In this document: positions 59,044 through 64,000 of the stretch, in pieces
How positions within the stretch are numbered: the first letter of the stretch is position 1
How the letters are laid out: each line of letters opens with the position of its first letter
NCBI GenBank assembly: GCA_038851325.1
Contig: JAWCKZ010000001.1
Location: 35,769 to 99,768, forward strand
Source of the DNA: Candidatus Bilamarchaeaceae archaeon
Lineage (GTDB): Archaea > Micrarchaeota > Micrarchaeia > Anstonellales > Bilamarchaeaceae
Length of the DNA stretch: 64,000 bases
Direction: 5' to 3'
Program-made: the position numbers and the translations under genes
The notes under the pieces: model-generated
What the model was told of the DNA's origin: nothing
The model's input: only the letters and a program-made list of their open reading frames with translations
Databases searched by the model: none

Positions 59044-61341
59044 TTAGATTGTTTCTACTTTTGTCGGACCACCATGCTCCTTATCTCTTGAAAAGCGATA
59101 CGTTGTTGAAAAATCTGCGCCTATAAGGGATTCTTCATGGGTTATCACAAACGTTTGTTTTACTACTTGCGGGACCTTTACCTGAAGAGTCTCTGAAAGA
59201 AGAGCAATAGCCTGAGCATCAAGATTGTGCGTTGGTTCATCAAGTATGAGCCAACTAAGATTCGGCGTCAGTATCATTGCTAGTGCGACACGAAGGGTGA
59301 GCGCAGCGCACGCGCGCTCTCCGCCGCTCGCAACTATTTCAAGCGGTTTCCAAACCTCGTTCTCTAAAACTTCGAGTACGTAGTCCTTCTCACTTACCTC
59401 AATGCGAATTGATTTGTAGTTGTTATACGGATAAAAAATACGCCATATATCATTCATCGCAGTGTTGATAGCGTCTATAAGTCCTTTTCTTAATGTTGTT
59501 TGAGTCTCGAGAAGAGCATTTTTGTAAATTTTCAATTCCTCTATCAACTCACGAATTGAGGTTGCTTTCTTGTAAACTGCTCTCATCTCATCTAGCTCGC
59601 GCTTGTAAATCTCCTTCCCCTCTTCCATCATTTTCTTTTCTTTTTCGAGATATTCAATCTTTTGCGCAAGCCTCTCGCACTCTAGTCTTCCACTTTCAAG
59701 CCTTCGCCTTACTTCTTCGTACTCTTTTTCATCAAACTTTATTTTTTCTTGTTCGCTTTCTAGAACAGCAAGCCTTTTTTTCACTGCTGCGGCTGTCTCC
59801 TCCCGTCTCAACATCTCTTCTTCGCCTTTCAACCGCATAAGCAGGTTTTCAATCTTCTGCCTTATTTCTGCTATCTCGCTCTCTCTCTTTTTGGTTGTCT
59901 CCGAAATTGTAGTTAGTTGCACATGCGCATGCTCTTTCTGTTTTATTAGCTCACTTACATCTACCAACCCTTGAGTGAGCACTGCGATTCTCTCGTTGAT
60001 GAACTCGATTTTTTTTACCCTCTCTCTAGTAACCCTGATGCTCCTCTCTGTCTCTTCGATTTCTTTTGCAAGAAGTGCTACTCTTTTTTCGGAGCTTCTT
60101 ATCTCCCCCTCCTTTTTTCTCAGTATTCTTGTAATGCCCTCTGGTCCAAGTTCTGATTCGCACAACGGACAACTTGTCATACCAGAAGATAGGTGTTTCA
60201 AAAGTTCTCTTAACTCCTTTACTTTTTCCATTTCGGTGTTTTTTTCTGAGGTTTTCTCAAGCATCTTCTTCTCAGCATCTGAGAGCGCACGTTGGATATT
60301 CTCAAGCGTCTCGCTGCGTAAAAGACCACCCCGAGTGGCATTTAGTTCTTCAAGCTTCTTCTGAAGTTCCACCTGCTCCTTTATTCTTGTCTCTATCACA
60401 ACTATGCGGTTCGATAATTCTTTTTCCTTCTTCATGTCTTCAAGGAGCGCTTCCTCACACATCTTTAGCCTTCCTCTAAGCTCTGCAAGCTGTGCTTTAT
60501 CTCTATTATACACTGCGATATCAACCCTCTTAAGCCCCTCTTCAAGGCTCGCTACTCTACCTTTTAATTCGGCGATTTCTCTTCCAAGTTCCTCAATTCT
60601 TTTCCTCTTTTTCTCCAATTCAACATAGACGATAGAGAGCTCTCTCACTTCTTTTTCTACTTTTGCGAATGTCTTCTTCAGAGATTCTGATTCTGCGTTG
60701 ATTTTACTTTCTTTCTCTTCGTATTCCATAATTGTCTTTCGAAGCTGTTCGACTCTTTTCTCGTCGTACTTCTCAAACAATGCTTGCGCCATCGCCTCAA
60801 ATTTGTTTGTTATCGTGACTGTATTTGCTCGTGCCTTCTCGAATCGGTCTAGGCCAAGAAGACGATCAAACTCTTCCTTTCGTCTTCTCGGGTCGAGAGA
60901 CAGAAAATAGTCTATGTTGTTCTGCTCGGAATAAATCGCACGCGTAAAAAGATCATAGTCTACACCTATCGTTTCCACTATTCGCTCACTTACTGCCCTT
61001 CCACCAGTTTCCAGAAGAGTGCCATCCCTATATAGCTCAGCCCTGCTGCTCATACGGTCGTTTCTTTTTCCTATCTCGCGCATAACTTTATAGTCGCTGC
61101 CGTTCCAGGAAAATTCAAGCATTACTCTTGTGGTGTTTTCGTTGTACCTAACAATATCCTCAAGCTTAAGTTGTCTTCGCTCGAGAGCAGGAAATGTCCC
61201 AAAAAGCGCAAAACTTATTCCGTCCAGAACAGCGCTCTTTCCGGAACCCATTATACCAACAAGAAGATTCGTTCCATGACTGAATTTAAGGAAAGTATCA
61301 GAGTGAGAACGCCAGTTAAAAAGTCTGATGGAACGAATCAT
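59044..61341 (-). CDS. rad50: Rad50/SbcC-family SMC-like ATPase with zinc hook
   Basis: N-terminal Walker A …LLVGIMGSGKSAVLDGISFALFG…, long coiled coils, central CPLC zinc hook, C-terminal signature …ASGGERACAAL… and Walker B …LILDEPTHNLD…. Confidence 0.8.
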   Translation of the reverse strand: MIRSIRLFNWRSHSDTFLKFSHGTNLLVGIMGSGKSAVLDGISFALFGTFPALERRQLKLEDIVRYNENTTRVMLEFSWNGSDYKVMREIGKRNDRMSSRAELYRDGTLLETGGRAVSERIVETIGVDYDLFTRAIYSEQNNIDYFLSLDPRRRKEEFDRLLGLDRFEKARANTVTITNKFEAMAQALFEKYDEKRVEQLRKTIMEYEEKESKINAESESLKKTFAKVEKEVRELSIVYVELEKKRKRIEELGREIAELKGRVASLEEGLKRVDIAVYNRDKAQLAELRGRLKMCEEALLEDMKKEKELSNRIVVIETRIKEQVELQKKLEELNATRGGLLRSETLENIQRALSDAEKKMLEKTSEKNTEMEKVKELRELLKHLSSGMTSCPLCESELGPEGITRILRKKEGEIRSSEKRVALLAKEIEETERSIRVTRERVKKIEFINERIAVLTQGLVDVSELIKQKEHAHVQLTTISETTKKRESEIAEIRQKIENLLMRLKGEEEMLRREETAAAVKKRLAVLESEQEKIKFDEKEYEEVRRRLESGRLECERLAQKIEYLEKEKKMMEEGKEIYKRELDEMRAVYKKATSIRELIEELKIYKNALLETQTTLRKGLIDAINTAMNDIWRIFYPYNNYKSIRIEVSEKDYVLEVLENEVWKPLEIVASGGERACAALTLRVALAMILTPNLSWLILDEPTHNLDAQAIALLSETLQVKVPQVVKQTFVITHEESLIGADFSTTYRFSRDKEHGGPTKVETI

Positions 61342-61414
61342 CGCGACTCACCAAATCGAATGCGGCCGCCGGGATTGTCAGCCTGCTGGCAAATGCTGCA
61401 CGCCAGTACAAGAC

Positions 61415-61729
61415 TTTTGAACCCGGGTCACAGGCTTTCTTCCCGAACCGCAGGGAACCTACGGTTCCCCTCAGTTTGAGGTTCCTCCTGATCCCCTCCC
61501 TTAGAGAATCCCTATGAGCAACCTAAGTTCTCCTCAGGGCTTTTGATGAAACTTTTGCCCGAACCGCAGGGAACCTACGGTTCCCCTCAGTTTGAGGCTC
61601 TCCCTGACTCCCATCTTTAAGGAGATCGCCTACAACCTGAGAACTCTCTCAGGGCTTTTTGGGAACCTCTTGCTCTTAGAAAACCCAAGAGCATAAGTTT
61701 TCCTCAGGGTTTTGATGAAACTTTTGCCC
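61415..61729 (+). repeat. about 2.3 tandem copies of a 116-nt repeat with a 40-nt invariant core containing a GGGAACC-TAC-GGTTCCC hairpin and recurring CTCAGGGYTTTT elements
   Basis: The core cccgaaccgcagggaacctacggttcccctcagtttgagg is identical at 61442-61481 and 61558-61597. Flanks are divergent. No cas genes and no CRISPR-like spacing. Confidence 0.75.
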
Positions 61730-61860
61730 TAAGAATATAGGAGACAAAAGTTTCTTGGAAGGCCTGAATCCTAACCATTGTCCTAAGTGTTGCCTATTGG
61801 TACTAAAGGCAAAAAGCCTCTAGACTACGGCCGCAGTGGAGAAGAAATGTCAGATTCTGT

Positions 61861-62190
61861 TTAAATAGTTTTCCCACTACTCGAATTAAAATTTCTGGAA
61901 AGCCAATTAAAGCATCTAGCCGCTCCCTCGAATGCACTCTGTTCAACAAGCCTCACGGCCGTCTCGAGATACCTCCTTACTCTTTCATGTAGTTCATCTT
62001 TTATCTCAGGAAGTATCAGAAACGGGTTCTGAGTACCAAGAGCGAGCGCGAATTCTCTTATAAATCGTCTTCCAGCGCTCTTCTTTATCTCTTTTATCGT
62101 CGGATTTTTTTCCTTGTCTGCAGCAAGTAGCGTTGCATCGTGAGTTTTGCGGTTTTCTGGTTTCAGGCTCCGTATGTTGCCGTGATCCAC
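61861..62190 (-). CDS. hypothetical protein (109 aa); possibly the frameshifted C-terminal part of the upstream archaeal ATPase
   Basis: Overlaps the 3' end of 62163..63317 by 28 nt in another frame. Archaeal-ATPase proteins often carry a ~100-aa C-terminal domain. Confidence 0.35.
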   Translation of the reverse strand: MDHGNIRSLKPENRKTHDATLLAADKEKNPTIKEIKKSAGRRFIREFALALGTQNPFLILPEIKDELHERVRRYLETAVRLVEQSAFEGAARCFNWLSRNFNSSSGKTI

Positions 62191-63317
62191 CTTTTGAGCA
62201 TCGGGTCGACTAGGACGTATTTTCCCACTGCCTTTTTCTTGACATATGATTTTTCAATAAGGCGCTCTATCATTTTTGCAATATTTGGAAGAGGTTTGCC
62301 AATTTTTCTGGCGATACCGGACATGTTCTCATTCCCAAGTCCTATTTCTATAAGAACACTTTTCTCCCCTGCAGAAAGCTTTTCTAAACTAGAACGAAAA
62401 ACAGCATCGCCCTCCGCCAGCATCACCTTTAGGGAGTCTTCTATTACAGCTTCGGTTATTTCTTTCTTTTCGGAATCATATATCTTATCACCTAGCCATT
62501 GAAGGTAATACGGATAACCTTCAGTAACATGATGGATCTTTTTTAGGTGTTCCTCTGTAAAAGAGAGACCTGCTTTTCTAAATTTCTCCCGCATCATCTT
62601 TATTGAAGTTGCTTCATCAAACGGACCGAGCTGATAAGGTTTCAGCAGATGAAAAAAAGGCGCAGTTTTTGGAAGTGCCATCTGCTCCAAAAGCGAGACT
62701 TCTGACCCACAAACAATTATCGATGTATTTTTCCATCTTTGGATGATAGCTCTTATTGCCCAGACGGTATTCTTCTCGAGTTCCTCAACCATCTGAAATT
62801 CATCAAATATCAGAATAGCCCGGCTCTTTGTTTCCCTCCCAAGACTTTCTGCTACACCAAACGATTTTTTGATCAAATCCTGAAGACTGGCTTTCTTTTC
62901 CTTGAAACTCACTTTGACTTGCAAATAATCCTTTATGGAAACCCCAACCTCGGTACTTCTCAGCAACGCAGCCAATGCTTCCCCGGAACCTTTTAGTGCC
63001 TCGATCAACCGGCTTTTTATCTCCCTCTTTGGCCTAAACGCATCCACGCATTTCAAGAATAGTTGATCGTGAAAAGACTCTATGTCGAAGGGATGCAGAC
63101 TGGAAACATCAAAATACACAGGGGTTGCAGAACTCTTCTTTTTCACCCTATTGACAAACTCTTCCAGAAGGGAGGTCTTTCCGATCCGCCTGGGACCGTA
63201 TATGACATAACCAAGTTTGCCTCTTTTAACCAGGTCCCTATAAAGCATTTCGAGCACTTTTTCTCTGCCGTAGAAATCTTTTCCAACTACTGGGCCACCG
63301 ACCTTAAACAAAGTCAT
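62163..63317 (-). CDS. archaeal ATPase-family (AAA-like) protein
   Basis: Walker A …YGPRRIGKTSLL…, Walker B …LIFDEFQ…. Architecture typical of the Arch_ATPase family common in archaeal accessory regions. Confidence 0.7.
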   Translation of the reverse strand: MTLFKVGGPVVGKDFYGREKVLEMLYRDLVKRGKLGYVIYGPRRIGKTSLLEEFVNRVKKKSSATPVYFDVSSLHPFDIESFHDQLFLKCVDAFRPKREIKSRLIEALKGSGEALAALLRSTEVGVSIKDYLQVKVSFKEKKASLQDLIKKSFGVAESLGRETKSRAILIFDEFQMVEELEKNTVWAIRAIIQRWKNTSIIVCGSEVSLLEQMALPKTAPFFHLLKPYQLGPFDEATSIKMMREKFRKAGLSFTEEHLKKIHHVTEGYPYYLQWLGDKIYDSEKKEITEAVIEDSLKVMLAEGDAVFRSSLEKLSAGEKSVLIEIGLGNENMSGIARKIGKPLPNIAKMIERLIEKSYVKKKAVGKYVLVDPMLKRWITATYGA

Positions 63318-63330
63318 GTTATCCCCTTAA

Positions 63331-63362
63331 TTGACATTTTTGTCTATTGACATTTTTGTCAA
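63331..63362 (+). promoter_or_regulatory. tandem dyad-symmetric 14-nt sites (TTGACAtttttGTC ×2; the second is a perfect TTGACA-N4-TGTCAA palindrome) in the divergent region between the ATPase and the recombinase
   Basis: Read from the sequence at 63331-63344 and 63347-63362, 14 nt upstream of the ATPase start codon. Confidence 0.35.
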
Positions 63363-63668
63363 TAATACATATAAACCTTTGCTTATTGCTACACCAGATG
63401 CAGTTTCGGCCCAGCAATTATCAAAATCCAAATGAAAAAATAATGAAAATCAGCATGTGCCAGAATCTACTTTTTTGATGGAAAAATGGGCCCGCGGAGC
63501 CGCCTGATGGCAGTTTCCTGTTCAGAGTTGCCAGTTTCCAGACGTGAAAACGGAGGGTTTTCCGTTCCGGGCAACCAGTTCCCGGAATGCAGTGAAGAAC
63601 GACCTGCCTGGAAAGCAAAGCAAATCTCAAAAGAGCTTACGGCTAAATGGCCTGAAATAAAGCGGGAA

Positions 63669-64000
63669 ATGGAGTTCTTAGGCCGCTATCTGACAAAATG
63701 GAATCTGGTAAAGGCTATAACAATCCTGTCAGAAGCGAGAAAAAGCCGGTTTTTGAGAAGGAAAACACCAAAGTATGGCTCTATGAACAAGGGGTTTACG
63801 GAAGAGGAATTAGAGCGGTTTTTCAGCGTTATAGATGACCCTAAGCTGCATCTTCTCTTCAACTTCCAGGCAATAATGGGGTTGAGGATTGGAGAAGCAG
63901 TGCGGGTCAATATCAAAGACGTAAACTTGAAGACAAGAGAACTCCGCATCTTTACAGAGAAAACGGGCAAGACAGATTATCTCCTGCTGCCTTTGGACCT
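63669..64000 (+). CDS. tyrosine recombinase/integrase, 5' partial (runs off the window)
   Basis: Open frame from ATG 63669 to the window end. …FFSVIDDPKLHLLFNFQAIMGLRIGEAVRVNIKDVNLKTRELRIFTEKTGK… matches the box I region of phage-integrase-family catalytic domains, including the conserved Arg in GLRIGE. Confidence 0.6.
   Translation, partial: MEFLGRYLTKWNLVKAITILSEARKSRFLRRKTPKYGSMNKGFTEEELERFFSVIDDPKLHLLFNFQAIMGLRIGEAVRVNIKDVNLKTRELRIFTEKTGKTDYLLLPLD

Noticed and set aside
63480-63600. A tRNA-like start gggcccgcggagccgcctgatggc… near the integrase as a possible att-site tRNA.
   Set aside because: No D-arm, anticodon arm or T-arm (TTCRANY loop with complementary stems) could be folded. Only the first 7 nt resemble an acceptor stem.

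Overview
This window looks archaeal, with roughly 40% GC. It carries gyrA/gyrB, a DNA polymerase D small subunit, thermosome, PCNA, RadA, FtsZ, GGGP synthase, geranylgeranyl reductase, and archaeal-type ThrRS, HisRS, TrpRS and GlyRS. Most of it is densely packed housekeeping genes on both strands, including lipid, polyamine and central-carbon enzymes. The unusual content is RNA-centred. (1) A tRNA-Phe(GAA) gene that is only recoverable if two non-canonical introns, one in the D-loop and one in the T-loop, are removed. (2) A tRNA-Arg(TCT) with a 31-nt intron at the canonical position, and an unsplit tRNA-Arg(TCG). (3) A ~105-nt repeat module carrying a hairpin that shows compensatory base changes between copies. 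It sits, co-oriented, immediately 5' of three different stable-RNA genes: both tRNA-Arg genes and a candidate ncRNA. (4) A candidate ~206-nt structured ncRNA closed by an 11-bp terminal helix. (5) A tandem 76-nt perfect hairpin repeat and a separate 116-nt tandem repeat upstream of a Rad50-like gene. Protein-level items worth a look are a RadA operon with an overlapping small unknown ORF and a KaiC-like paralog, a VapBC-like TA pair with a tandem-repeat operator, a free-standing degenerate LAGLIDADG-like protein, a degenerate HisA-like protein overlapping HisRS, an AdoMetDC-like/spermidine synthase fusion plus a separate AdoMetDC, an eL41-like mini-gene with a duplicated 5' end, and a possible integrated-element edge (archaeal ATPase, palindromic operator, partial tyrosine recombinase) at the 3' end. 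No CRISPR array or cas genes are present. All functional calls rest on motif recognition by eye, and no database search was run.
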